Positions 1 to 11,410 of a stretch of DNA of 33,870 nucleotides are shown piece after piece. Made by a program: the position numbers and the translations under genes. The DNA comes from Octopus bimaculoides (Eukaryota), in NCBI RefSeq assembly GCF_001194135.2, contig NC_068987.1:45027628-45061497 (forward strand), read 5' to 3'. The notes beneath the pieces are model-generated. The model ran no database searches, was not told where the DNA came from, and saw nothing but the letters and a program-made list of their open reading frames with translations. Each line of letters begins with the position of its first letter. Positions within the stretch are counted from its first letter, which is position 1.

Positions 1-234
1 GGCACATAAAAGACACCATTTCGAGCGTGGCCATTTTCGTGCGGGTGACACGTAAAAGCACCCACTACACTCTCTGAGTGGTTGGCGTTAGGAAGGGCAT
101 CCAGCTGTAGAAACTCTGCCAAATCAGACTGGAGCCTGGTGTTGCCATCCGGTTTCACCAGTCCTCAGTCAAATCGTCCAACCCATGCTAGCATGGAAAG
201 CGGACGTTAAACGATGATGATGATGATGATGATG
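1..234 (+). mobile_element. 3' end of an RTE-type LINE (or derived SINE) with (GAT)n tail; young copy
   Basis: Near-identical to 4128-4385 (inverted), which is linked across a gap to RTE ORF2, and to 21387-21557. Ends in (GAT)n. Confidence 0.85.
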
Positions 235-950
235 AATAGATCATCATTTTCCTCCAGGCCATAAGTATAAAAAAATATTGAATATGAATTGTGTTAAGGC
301 TAATTATTCAACTTGCAAGAATTTTGGGTGTTATATCAGAGGTTATAATTTTATGTAGCTGAATAGAAAAGAGATGCAAATAGCTAGCCAACAAATATCA
401 TGCAACTATAGAATTTATGAGAACTGTTCACTTGGCAGTAACTGTCTTGGCAAAATCAATAGTATAAAAGGGCCAAGGTTGAATTAAACTGCAATGATGA
501 ACCTAAAACAAATATTGGGGCAATGAAAGTCTCATTTGAAAAATTGTTTTACAAGTGCATTCATTTGTTAGCCCTGATAGAAAATGGGCTACAGCTTTGT
601 TAAAGTTTATATGGTTCTCATGTGAAACAAGTCCTCACAAATTCAAAATTACCTGGTCTATTAAAGATAATGTGCTACTATACAGGAACAAGAGCTCCAA
701 ATTAAAGATGCAATGAAAAGTGATAATTTTGACTCAAGGCAGTAATAGTTTGAATCAAAGAATTGAACTGTTAATGCCTTGTATGCAACTAAAAGCTTCC
801 TTGAATTTCATTCTGGTTCAGAAAAAAATGTTAGTTTTGAAAGGTTTTATTCAAAATGTTTCAATATATGTGAATGTGCATCTGTGTGCCAATAGAGAAA
901 TGAGAGAGTGTAAAAAATAGTATCAAGTGATATTAAGAAAAAAATAAGTG

Positions 951-1320
951 CAGGTGTGGCTGTGGGGTTAAGAATAATGCTTCCCAACCACATGGTTTTA
1001 GGTTCAGTCCCAATGTATGGTACCTTGAGCAAGTGACTTCTATTGACCCAAGCCTTGTGAGTGGATTTGGTAGATGGAAACTGAAAGAGACCTATCCTAT
1101 ATCTATTTATATATGTATGTGAGTGTGTGAATGTCTGTGTCTCCTTGTCTTGATATCATGTCATAGTTGTAAATGAATGTTACTCTCACTCAAGCAGTGT
1201 CATTCATTTCCAGTATTCTGTGAAAACATGTCTGGCTATGTGGAAATATTACTTTGCTTGAACACAGGTGAGGGTTCATGCAAGCATGGAGAAGTGGACT
1301 TTATAACAACAATGTTGTAG
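951..1320 (+). mobile_element. tRNA-derived SINE
   Basis: A-box-like GGCTGTGGGGTTAAG and B-box-like GGTTCAGTCC; related segment in reverse orientation near 5920-6060. Boundaries approximate. Confidence 0.65.
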
Positions 1321-1458
1321 CATAGAACAAAGGTCTTAGTATTTCCTCATCTCAGTTTCATTTGGTCATTCTTTCAACTAATGAGTGAATATAGTTCTCA
1401 TTCATGCTTTCATTCAGGTTGAAAGTGAAGGTGGATTTTTTGCTACAGCTAAAATATA

Positions 1459-2304
1459 TGTGGTCTGATCAATAAGTATCTGGACTGTTACCATAGTAGC
1501 GAAGCTAAAGCATGTGGAGTCAAGCCGCTTGGCACAGATTGGCCTTGAACTCTGCTGTGCATGTGCACTAAGTTTTAATGTTCTAGCTCACTTCCACTCT
1601 TTACAGCAGTGCTTGGAAGGAAGGTGTGTAGCATGTGATTGTCACATTGACCATGAAAAAGAAAGTTGAGCAGAGAATCTGCATCAAATTTTGCCAAAAG
1701 TTTGGTGATACCTACTCAGAGGCCTACCCAAAGTTTTCATTGTTCTCAACACAATCAAAGAGATCTTGTGCAACTGAAACCTGAGTGTCTTTTTGGTCAG
1801 CTGAAAGCAGTTTTGGCACAAACTTTGGAGACATGCGTCTCATAGCCAAATCTTCAGTGATAATAGATTGAACTGAACCATAACTAATCTGCACATCCTC
1901 TGATAACTCATGGATGGTGAGTTGAGGATTTCCCCTCCCAGCTGCACATACATCTACAATGTTTTTCGCAGTTCTGGGTCTCGCAGAACGTTCATCAATA
2001 TTGACATCTTTTCAGCCATCTTGGAAATGTCTGAACCACTTGTACACTTGTGTGTGGCTCATACACTCCACTCCATACAACTTTGCATAGGCATCTGAGC
2101 AGGTATCACCTTGACAACTTTCTTTCTCATAGTCAATGTGGTGATCACATGCTACACACCTTCCTTCCAAGCACTGCTGTAAATAGCGGAAGTGAGCTAG
2201 AACATTAAAACTTAGTGCGCATGCACATCAGAGTTCAAGGTCAAACTTTGCCAAGCAGCTTTAACTTCGTTACTATGGCAACAGTCTGGATTGATCAGAC
2301 CTTG
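1459..2304. mobile_element. Non-autonomous mariner derivative made of two inverted 5' ends
   Basis: TA at 1457-58 and 2305-06; long inverted arms. Plus strand MKKKVEQRICIKFCQKFGDTYSEAY from 1653. Minus strand ...VYKWFRHF..G..DV..DERS.RP...TIHELSEDV.ISYGSVQSIITEDL.MRR..KFVPKLL (mariner HTH and WVP-like motif). Confidence 0.9.
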
Positions 2305-2967
2305 TATTTCTGTGAAATGTTTTTATTTCATAAATTATAAGGTGTCTAAAAATTAATTATTTTCTTTTTAAATGCATATATAATCCTTCTTCATTATTCA
2401 CAACATTCACCTCTACTCCAATCTCTAACCATGTCACTTTCTACTCACACCTTTATGACTTTACCCACTCATCCTTCTTAATCCCCTACCTGTGTTCTTT
2501 CCTATGCTCACTTTCTTGTACCATGTGGGTATATTTTGAAACCTCATCACTATTGTCTTAGTCTTTCTTCTAGCTACTCTCACTCACTGTTAGACAATGC
2601 ATGTCCTCTACAGCAAGATATCTATGCCTGTATCTCTATCATACTTTAACACTCAACACAGAGTTCTGTCAATAGAGCTTTTTCTTTTTCTTGCAAGTTA
2701 CTTGGTGATCTCAGCAGCACTGATATTATGAAAAAAGTACTCAGTACACTTGGTAAATTGGTTGGTAAAGGAAGAGAATTCAGCCATAGAAACCATGCTA
2801 ATGCAGACATTGGACCTCAACACAGTCCTCCTGGATCCTGTCAAACTGTCCAACCCAGGCTAGCATTAAATGACAATTATGGTGACACACACACGCGCAT
2901 ACACACATGTGCATACACACACGTGCATACACACACAATCTTTATTGTTATTTTCAGGGGTGTGAAA

Positions 2968-3170
2968 GATGGTGAGCTAGCAGAATCGTTAGCATGCTGG
3001 TCAAAATGTTTAGTTGCATTTCGTCCATCTCTATGTTCTGAGTTCAAATTCCGCTGAGGTTGACTTTGTTTGTCATAAGCACTAGTTGAGCACTGGAGGT
3101 GGGTTGATTTAATTGACTTGGCTCCGCCCCCAAAACTGCTGGTTATGTGCCAAAATCTGAAACCATTATG
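2968..3170 (+). mobile_element. tRNA-head SINE with CORE-like body
   Basis: B box GAGTTCAAATTCC at 3040-3052; same family recurs at 7859-8075 and in reverse at 6172-6390, 18320-18660 and 19432-19625. Confidence 0.75.
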
Positions 3171-3330
3171 TTCAGGGTTGTGAATTGACAAAATCATTAA
3201 AGTTTAAGATGAAATGCATCTGTTCTGGCTTTTAATATGCTGAGTTCAAATCCCACCAAGGTTAGCTTATTCAGGATTGATAAAGTACCAAATACTAATA
3301 TTGCTTTAATGACTAATCTCCTCTCCTTAA

Positions 3331-3790
3331 ATTATTATTAAGCCATTACATGCTACTTTAGCAGGGATGCTGACTTGAGGTTTGGTGATAAATCTCCCCA
3401 AATTTCAAGAATCTTTCTTAGGATTTTTGCAGAATGGCACATTTCTTCATGTCATCAATGTAAATTTCAGTTCCAATATCCTTCAGCCTCTTGTATAGTA
3501 GTTTTGGTCAATTGCACTAATTACCACAGGAACAATTGTCACCTTTGTTTTCCACAATCTCTTTGTCTCTCTGGCTAGGTTCCTGATATTTCTCAACTGT
3601 ACTACCATATATAGCATTTCAAAGTCTGTGATCTTATACTGTTATTTTTTTCAACAATCATACCTGGTCTCCTTACTTCAATATGGTCAGTCTCCATGGA
3701 AAAAATCCCATAAAATCCTGTAAGTATTGTCCATCATAGCCTCTAGTTCATAGTCATACCACTTTTCTGTCACTTATTATCAGTAGTATT
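3331..3790 (-). mobile_element. Decayed 3' end of an R4/Dong-like non-LTR retrotransposon (restriction-like endonuclease region)
   Basis: Minus-strand fragments KWYDYE...ILWDF...DHIEVRRP...EKYQ.LARE.KRLW.TKVTIVPVVI...KILRKILEI with frameshifts; short (TAA)n at the 3' end near 3331-3340. Confidence 0.8.
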
Positions 3791-4127
3791 GTGAACTAGC
3801 AATATTGTTGAGATAGTAAACCTTGTGATATTTTTTTCAGTTTAGAGTTCAAATTTCACTGAAGTTGATTTTCCTTTTCCTCCTCCCAGTGTCAGTCAAG
3901 TATCAGCGTTAATTTGATTAATACCAGTCTTCTATATTTCTGACCTGTGTGTCTATGCAAAAAAAATTATAAAACTTTTACTTGTTTCAGTCAGCAACTG
4001 TAGCCATAACGGGCAGGGTGCATATTAATTTAACCCTTTAGCCTTCATATTACTCTGTCAAATGTAATGCTTATTTATTCTCATTACTTTGTATTAATAC
4101 ATTATCTTGAAGCTTCAAAATTTCAAT

Positions 4128-5114
4128 GATCATCATCATCATCATCATCATCGTTTAACGTCCGCTTTCCATGCTAGCATGGGTTGGACGATTTGACTGA
4201 GGACTGGTGAAACCGGATGGCAACACCAGGCTCCAATCTAATTTGGCAGAGTTTCTACAGCTGGATGCCCTTCCTAACGCCAACCACTCCAAGAGTGTAG
4301 TGGGTGCTTTTACGTGTCACCTGCACGAGGGCCAGTCAGGCGGTACTGGCAACGGCCACGCTCAAAATGGTGTCTTTTATGTGTCNNNNNNNNNNNNNNN
4401 NNNNNNNNNNNNNNNNNNNNNNNNNNNNNNNNNNNNNNNNNNNNNNNNNNNNNNNNNNNNNNNNNNNNNNNNNNNNNNNNNNNNNNNNNNNNNNNNNNNN
4501 NNNNNNNNNNNNNNNNNNNNNNNNNNNNNNNNNNNNNNNNNNNNNNNNNNNNNNNNNNNNNNNNNNNNNNNNNNNNNNNNNNNNNNNNNNNNNNNNNNNN
4601 NNNNNNNNNNNNNNNNNNNNNNNNNNNNNNNNNNNNNNNNNNNNNNNNNNNNNNNNNNNNNNNNNNNNNNNNNNNNNNNNNNNNNNNNNNNNNNNNNNNN
4701 NNNNNNNNNNNNNNNNNNNNNNNNNNNNNNNNNNNNNNNNNNNNNNNNNNNNNNNNNNNNNNNNNNNNNNNNATACCAGCGCAATCGTCTCTCTTGCACA
4801 CCACAACTGATGCTTCTAATGTTCAGCTTTTCTCTCAAGATACTTACACTCTGACGGGTATTCACATTGACATTACACATCCAACAGAGCATACTGGCTT
4901 CATTCCTTGCGAGGTTACGTATGTCCTCAGCAGTTACAGCCCATGTTTCACTGCCATGTAGCATGGCTGTTCGTACGCATGCGTCATACAGTCTGCCTTT
5001 TACTCTGAGTGAGAGTCCCTTTGTCGCCAGCAGGGGTAAGAGCTCTCTAAACTTTCCCCAGGTTTAGAGAGCTCTTACCCCTGCTGGCGACAAAGGGACT
5101 CTCACTCAGAGTAA
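4128..5114 (-). mobile_element. 5'-truncated RTE-clade LINE (ORF2 C-terminus, gap, 3' UTR, (GAT)n tail) with inverted 5' duplication
   Basis: From 5061 down: WGKFRELLPLLATKGLSLRVKGRLYDACVRTAMLHGSETW...QERRLRWY with no stops up to the gap; 3' UTR matches 1-234. Confidence 0.92.
4386..4772. other. Assembly gap (N run)
   Basis: Run of N. Confidence 1.
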
Positions 5115-5652
5115 GATGTGATTGTTTATTTTTAGAATAACAATGTAGGATAAGTGTAAGAAACCAGATGTAGCCAATTTAAACATGAAACAAGTAGAAT
5201 ATGTGGGTCGAATATGGCCAGTTAAATGCTAAAGGGTTAATTTTGTTGTTGGCATGGAGACAAGAGACTCTTTGAGCTATGTTTCCTCTGAGTGTCTTAA
5301 TCTGCTTAATTGAAATTAGAACTGAGTTGTTAAAATGGTAGTTCTTCTTTCTGCTAGTTTGGAGTCATTGGCTCTTTGTTGAAATGCATCTTCCTTGGGT
5401 CTTTCCAATAAGTGCTTTAATGAACTTTTTGGTTGTTAAGTACCCTCTATCAAGACCTTTAAATGTGTCACCTGCTTCTCTTTCCATCATTTCTCTGTTG
5501 GTTTTCCTGTTAATCAGATGTCCTTTTATTCTGATAGCTTTTTTCCCTCTCAAACTGCTGCTCTTTGCAACTTATTACCATCATCTTGCATTTCTCTGGA
5601 CTACGACATTCAGTCCTTTAAGTTTTCTGCCAATTTGTAGGCTCTTTCTTTT

Positions 5653-5865
5653 TCTTTAGCATTTAGATTTTATGCCAAATGTAATGCTTATTTATTCACA
5701 TTTTTAAAAAAATTAAGCATACATTTTCTCATAGATTTGGGATTTCAGTATGATTGTTTATTTATATTGTAGAGAAAGTGTGAAAGGCAGGACCTAGTCA
5801 GTTTGAACATCAAACAGAGAGAATATTTTGGTTGGATATGGTTGGTTTAAATGCTAAAGGGTTAA
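5653..5865. mobile_element. Second, uninterrupted copy of the piggyBac-like MITE
   Basis: Shares caaatgtaatgcttatttattc, tgattgtttattt and the GCTAAAGGGTTAA end with 4034-5236; left end degenerate. Confidence 0.7.
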
Positions 5866-6171
5866 GCTTCACCTGGGACAAAATCTCATAAAAAATATAT
5901 ATATGAGTCATCTTTCAGTTTTTGTCAAACTAGTTCCACTCACAAAGCTTTGGTTGACCGAGGGATATAGTAGAAGACACTTACCCAAGATGTCATACAA
6001 TGGGGTTGAACATGAAACCATGTGGCTGGGAAGCAAACTTCTTAATTTCAGTCACACCTGTGCTTCTACACAGCCATGACTGCACTTCCACATGCATACA
6101 CATATATCACTTAACTTATCTTGTTTAATTCCCTGTAACTTGCAATTTTGCAGAAAGAGAATGATAGAATA

Positions 6172-6390
6172 ATTTTTGGTTTCAAATTTTGGTACAAGGC
6201 TAGCAAGCCCAGTGGGTAAGTTGATTACATCAACTCCAGTGCTCAGCTGGTACTTATTTTATTGACCTGGCAAAGATGAAAGGCAAAGTCTGCTTCAGCA
6301 AAATTTGAACTCAGAACATAAAGATGGATGAAATGCTGCTATGCATTTTGTCCAGCATGCTAACAATTCTGCTAGCTTGCTGCCATTCAG
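6172..6390 (-). mobile_element. CORE-like tRNA SINE copy
   Basis: Reverse complement matches 2968-3170 and 7859-8075 (e.g. aggcaaagtc, aatttgaactcagaac). Confidence 0.7.
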
Positions 6391-6934
6391 ACAGGTAGAA
6401 TAATTATTGGACTTAAGAACTACTGCACCTATTCATAATAAGCAAATAGATAAACTTTGCCAAGCACTTCTCTTCAAATTGTATCATTAGACCTGGTGGA
6501 TCTAGTCAAATTGGTGGTTGCTTGATTAATTCAAATAAATAAGTTTAAATGATAAACAAATAAAAACATAAAATATACATTACTATCATTGTTGTCATTT
6601 TACATTGACTTTTCCATGCTGGTATGGATTGAGAGAAACTTATTGAGGTAGATTTTCTACACCAAAACCTTCACTAATTTTTATTACAAATAAGGTGTCT
6701 TTTATTCCACTGGCCCTCACATATCCATTAAGCTACAAGGCATTTGTTTATTGGAGAATGTAAACATTGCCAGTTTTTGTTTAGCTGCTGCTATGCAAAG
6801 ATATGTGGGATCATATTCAAACACATCTACCCACATTTCCTACCACCCTGTGCAGTAACGCACTCATACTTCCTTTCTCATTCCTATTCCATCTCACACC
6901 TCCATCCAGGTCAACCCACATATGTCAGATAGTG

Positions 6935-7282
6935 TCACACATACAAGCACCCTTACATGCACATACATATGCACAAGCACAGAATATACACACACACACT
7001 TTATCCAACAGCCCCATATACATGAACAAACTGATAACAGGACATGCATACTTGCTCACATACACATACATTATTCATGCAAAAACAATGTGCTACTCGC
7101 ACCAAGTATACATGCACATACACACTTGTGCATGCACACATGCGCTTATTAGACAACCTCACATACATCCACACACACATATTTATTCACTCACACAAGC
7201 ACATGTGCTGCTTTACATGCACATGTTCACATAATGTTCATACTTACACATGTGCTTGCCCACATACACACACACACACTTT
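6935..7282. repeat. CA/TA-rich low-complexity tract
   Basis: Degenerate (CA)n/(CATA)n; explains the His/Thr-rich ORF calls. Confidence 0.85.
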
Positions 7283-7858
7283 AGCCAGGTGACTATTGTC
7301 TTCCTCGCTACCCATGTTCTCAACCACTTCCTCTGGTGAATTCAATATGCACAACCATTAATCCAGGCAAGTTTGTTCTTCCTCTCTCTGTCTGTTTTCT
7401 CTATTCATTTCTTTCTGTAGAATAGCATAGGCTTGAAACATCAAAGACTTCTTCCATTTTTCCTGAGTGTCAAATTAATACACTTTGTAACAACATCTCT
7501 GCCTTTTATTTTTTGTACAATTTTGAACCAAACACACACAAAATCAGAAAGCAACACAGCACCCATGACTTTCAAAAACATTTTTTCACCCTCTAAACTT
7601 CTGCAGCATGGAATAAACTACCCACATTAGTCATTAGATGCCAGGACACTACATCCTTCAGCACTTCCATGCTTCTCCAAATTAACCAATACTTCATATG
7701 ATTTTCTTTTCTTTTTTACTATGATTCATTCACTTCTTACTTTCCTGTCTCTTTTTGCATTATTCTGTGTACAGTACATACATTTTGGCTACTATTTCTG
7801 ATGAGTTGCAGTGTACCTTAGCACTGTATACAATAAGTTCATTATTATTATTATTATT

Positions 7859-8075
7859 AAGGCAGCAAGCTGGTAAAATCATTAGCATGCTGGGCAAAAT
7901 GCTTAGTGGCATTTTATCTAGCTTCACATTCTGAGTTCAAATTCCACCAGGATTGACTTTGCCTTTCATCCTTTCGGGCTCAACAAATTAAGTACCAGCC
8001 AAGTACTGGGGGTTGATGTGATTGACACTCCCCCTTCCACCAAAATTTCAAGCCTTGTGCCTTTAGTAGAAAGAA
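7859..8075 (+). mobile_element. CORE-like tRNA SINE copy
   Basis: B box GAGTTCAAATTCC, body gactttgcctttcatcctttc...taagtaccag; flanked by (ATT)n. Confidence 0.75.
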
Positions 8076-9419
8076 TTATTATTATTGTTATTATATATGT
8101 ATATACTAAGAGCTTCCTACAGTTTTTACACAAGGCATTGATTAGCTTGAGGATATAGTAGAAGATACACAAAAAAATGACCCCAAATCCCAAAACCATG
8201 TGTTTGTGAAACAAACTTCACAACCACAAGATCAAAACTTTTGAGGGAAGTTTTAGCCAGTTAGATTAGTTCCAGTACTTGTGCTTATTTTATGGACCCA
8301 GGAGGGTTGTAAAAAAAAGTTGAGTGATTTGAACTCAGAATGTAGAGAAATGGAGCAAAGACTGCAAGACATTTTGTCTGACATTCTAATGACTCTAATA
8401 ATTCACACATTTCACCTGTAACACTGGCAACCCTTTTCTAAGTTCTTCAATTCAGAAAATAATTCCTATAATCCCTCATCCATTAAAGTGTTGAAGGTAA
8501 CAAACTAACAGAGTTGTTGAAACCTTGGTTAAGATGCTTTGCAGTATTTGTTCTGACATTCTGCAAGTTAAATTCAAATCCTGCAGAGGTGAACTTTACC
8601 TTTCACCTTTCAAGGTCAATAGAAAAAAGGTATCAACTGAGGGCATTAGAATGGTAGAACAATTAGAGGATATGGATAAGATGTTTGATGGTATCTGTTC
8701 AAGGACTTTATATCCTTAAAGCAACATCTGTGACAACACTGATGCCAAGCGGGATTGGCCCAAATTGAGAACCTTTCCCTTGGATAAACATCAGTGGAGC
8801 AGAGAGGAAGAGACTTACATACCTGGGCAACTAGCAATCCCCTTAAAAAAATACACATGTTGAGGCATAGTCAATCTTGGACTGATGGAAGCCTTCTTAA
8901 CTTCTAAACAATGGGAAAGAGTTGCATGAATGTGTGTGCCAAATTGGTAAAAAGCGAAAAGAATTTCATTTTCTTAAGGGTAATTTTTATACTTATCTTT
9001 ACTTTAAATAAGTATAGAAACTATAATAATTGTTGGTCCCTGGGACAATAAAATGTACAATTTTATTATTGCAAAGTGCTGAAAATATTCACTTTCCTTT
9101 GATGATGGCTGTATCCATGTAAAATTTTTTAAACATCAATTGATGATGTGTGCAGTTTAAGAGTTGACTTTTCATGACTAGTAATTATGAAAGTGAGAAA
9201 TTGATTGAGCAAGATTTGATAGTACATGAATAAAGGGACAGACAGACATAAGAAAGAGAAACAAACTAGAAGTTTTGGAGTGATAGAAAGAGGAAGATGA
9301 AGACAAAATAACAGAGACAATCTAAGATATAAAATACTGTTGACTCAGCCATCAGTAGTAGTTTTTTAAAATATATTTTTACATATTGATTCTGGAGAAA
9401 GGGTCAGTGCCCAAAATCT

Positions 9420-9600
9420 TTGCTGACCCTCCATGACTAGTGAGGTTGATGCTATTCATGTTCCTCTTGAACCTTTTTAAGTCAACACCTGTGGGAAAGA
9501 AGATATGAACTGGGAGGGAATTCCAGAGGACAATTCTAAAACAATGGATAAGACTAGCTTTTGAGTAATAAATGCCTTTAGAAATGTCCACCTTCAGGAA
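9420..9600 (-). mobile_element. CR1/Jockey-group LINE ORF2 C-terminal fragment
   Basis: ORF 9379..9591 contains FRIVLWNSLPVHIF....DLKRFKRNMNSINL, resembling the WNSLP...FK terminus of these LINEs. Confidence 0.55.
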
Positions 9601-11359
9601 CTGAGCTCAGACACTGACTCAAGAAATTATCCAACCCATCCCCCATAAAATCTTAAAGGGTCCAAAATTTTGGTATTTTTCATTCTTCTTAGGTTTAAAA
9701 AATGGTTTATTTAAAATAAAAAATAAAAATGATGATGATGAATGTGGTTTAGTCACTTTTTAAAAAAAAATATTCAGACATTAAGACAACAAGATAAAAG
9801 AAAACACAAAACACCTGGAAATATTTTAGAAATATAGATTTAATTAAAACCATCATTGTTAGTTAAATCTTGGAATCTTGCCTGTAATAATATGGCTGTC
9901 CAATAAGCTATACTTTTGGCAAATCAACAATGAAAGGATCAACTTGGGAATTATTAACAGCTTTGGTAAATTATCCAAAAACAAAACAAAACAAAAGAAA
10001 AAAGAGAAGGGGGCAAAAGGAAAAAAATTCCCAACAGTTCAGCTCTCTAAAATGCTGAATGATCTTTGGAGCTCAATATAGCTGGGAGAAAGTATGAACA
10101 TCCTCATGTTCAGATCTCTATCACATAAAATACTAGGAAAGCTGAATGATGCAGAAAAAAAAAAAAGGTTCAGCAGTTTTAAAGACTGAACCCCCCCCCC
10201 TTCCCAAAAAAAAGGGTTGTGGTGGTGATTGTAATACAAAACAATATCCCATTATGCAGGGATTTTGAAACTTAACAAAGCCATCCAGATATTGAACGGT
10301 GCTTAGGCAGCAATGAAACAATTTTAACATTGAAATTTTAGAGAATATCAAAGAATGAACTTTTGCATTCTGCCTTAATATCCAAACATTGATTATTTTC
10401 AAACAGCCTGTCCAGGTTAAATAAGTTTTTTAAGCTCATACAATACATGAAATTGTTACTCCCAATATCTTATCATTCATGGTCTGACATATCCATTTTT
10501 GAGAGCAAAACAAGGATAATGCTAGTGTTGTGAAGAGAAGAAATTTATAAAGTTTTAAATAGATCCCCGATTCACATAGTGGGGGCCTCTATGTAATACA
10601 AGGTATATGAAGAATATTTGCTCTTTATCTAACTGCTTTTTGCCTTTGCAGAGTACCACAAAATTGAGAGCTTTCTCATTTTTACCTTTGTTTTACACAC
10701 ACACATATACATAAACTATGTATATTTTAGAAGATTTTGATATTTCATTTATTTTTCTTTTTTTGTCAAGATTCCTTTTCATTTCAATGTCACACAGACG
10801 TGAAGACATGCATTCTTTGAGAGTATACACCACTCATGTCAAGAAAGATACATAAGATATACATCTATATCTATACACACACACACATGCAGACACATTG
10901 TAATCCAGTGACTTGTTACATGCATGCATGCATGTATGTATGAATGAATGAATGAATGAATGAATGCATGCATGTCTACATGTAACCCATTAAATGCAGT
11001 GTCACATAGGTTTAAAAATGTTATTCACATGCTAATATCTTAAAGTAGTAGTTGTCTGACAACAGGTAAACAATCAAAAGTGTTCTAACCAAGGACATAC
11101 CATCGTTTTCTCAAGAATTGTATATCTGGGAACCTTATTATCCAAATGTGTCTCTCCAATTTCAAGATGACACAGTGTAGTTTAAGAGGAGTTTGGTTGA
11201 TATTTCCAGTAGATGGAGCAACCATGTAGATGTTCCTTTGATGAACATAGTTATCTTACAGAATAAATTACAGCTAGAATGGTCCTCAGACACTAGACAA
11301 CTTGTGTAACATAGCAGACAAGTTTAAATGTCAAATTTACTCCAACTAATCAAGTATTT

Positions 11360-11364
<5 letters not shown>

Positions 11365-11408
<44 letters not shown>
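11365..11408. repeat. (CA)n microsatellite
   Basis: Perfect dinucleotide run. Confidence 0.95.

Positions 11409-11410
<2 letters not shown>

Larger units (their letters stand above)
4034..5236. mobile_element. piggyBac-like MITE interrupted by an RTE LINE insertion
   Basis: TTAA|CCCTTTAGC at 4030-4042 and GCTAAAGGG|TTAA at 5228-5240: TTAA target duplication and CCC..GGG ends. Confidence 0.8.

Noticed and set aside
4207-4961. Several 150-215 aa ORFs in the track (also 25686-26210)
   Set aside because: They are open only because they run through N gaps. Only the RTE frame at 4773-5061 is real.
5260-5660. Purine-rich minus-strand stretch that reads like a decayed coiled-coil protein (KEKERAYKLAENLK...)
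   Set aside because: About 9-10 stops in ~130 codons, near random expectation for this composition, and no family I can recognise. A tBLASTx search would settle it.
6803-7292. Overlapping His/Thr-rich ORFs
   Set aside because: Translation of CA-rich low-complexity DNA.
9517-9526. NF-kB-like site GGGAATTCCA
   Set aside because: Imperfect match, inside a LINE fragment, downstream of the gene; expected by chance.
10156-10200. 7-bp hairpin followed by a T-tract on the minus strand, resembling an intrinsic terminator
   Set aside because: Eukaryotic context, short stem, lies among homopolymer runs; no supporting Pol III gene.
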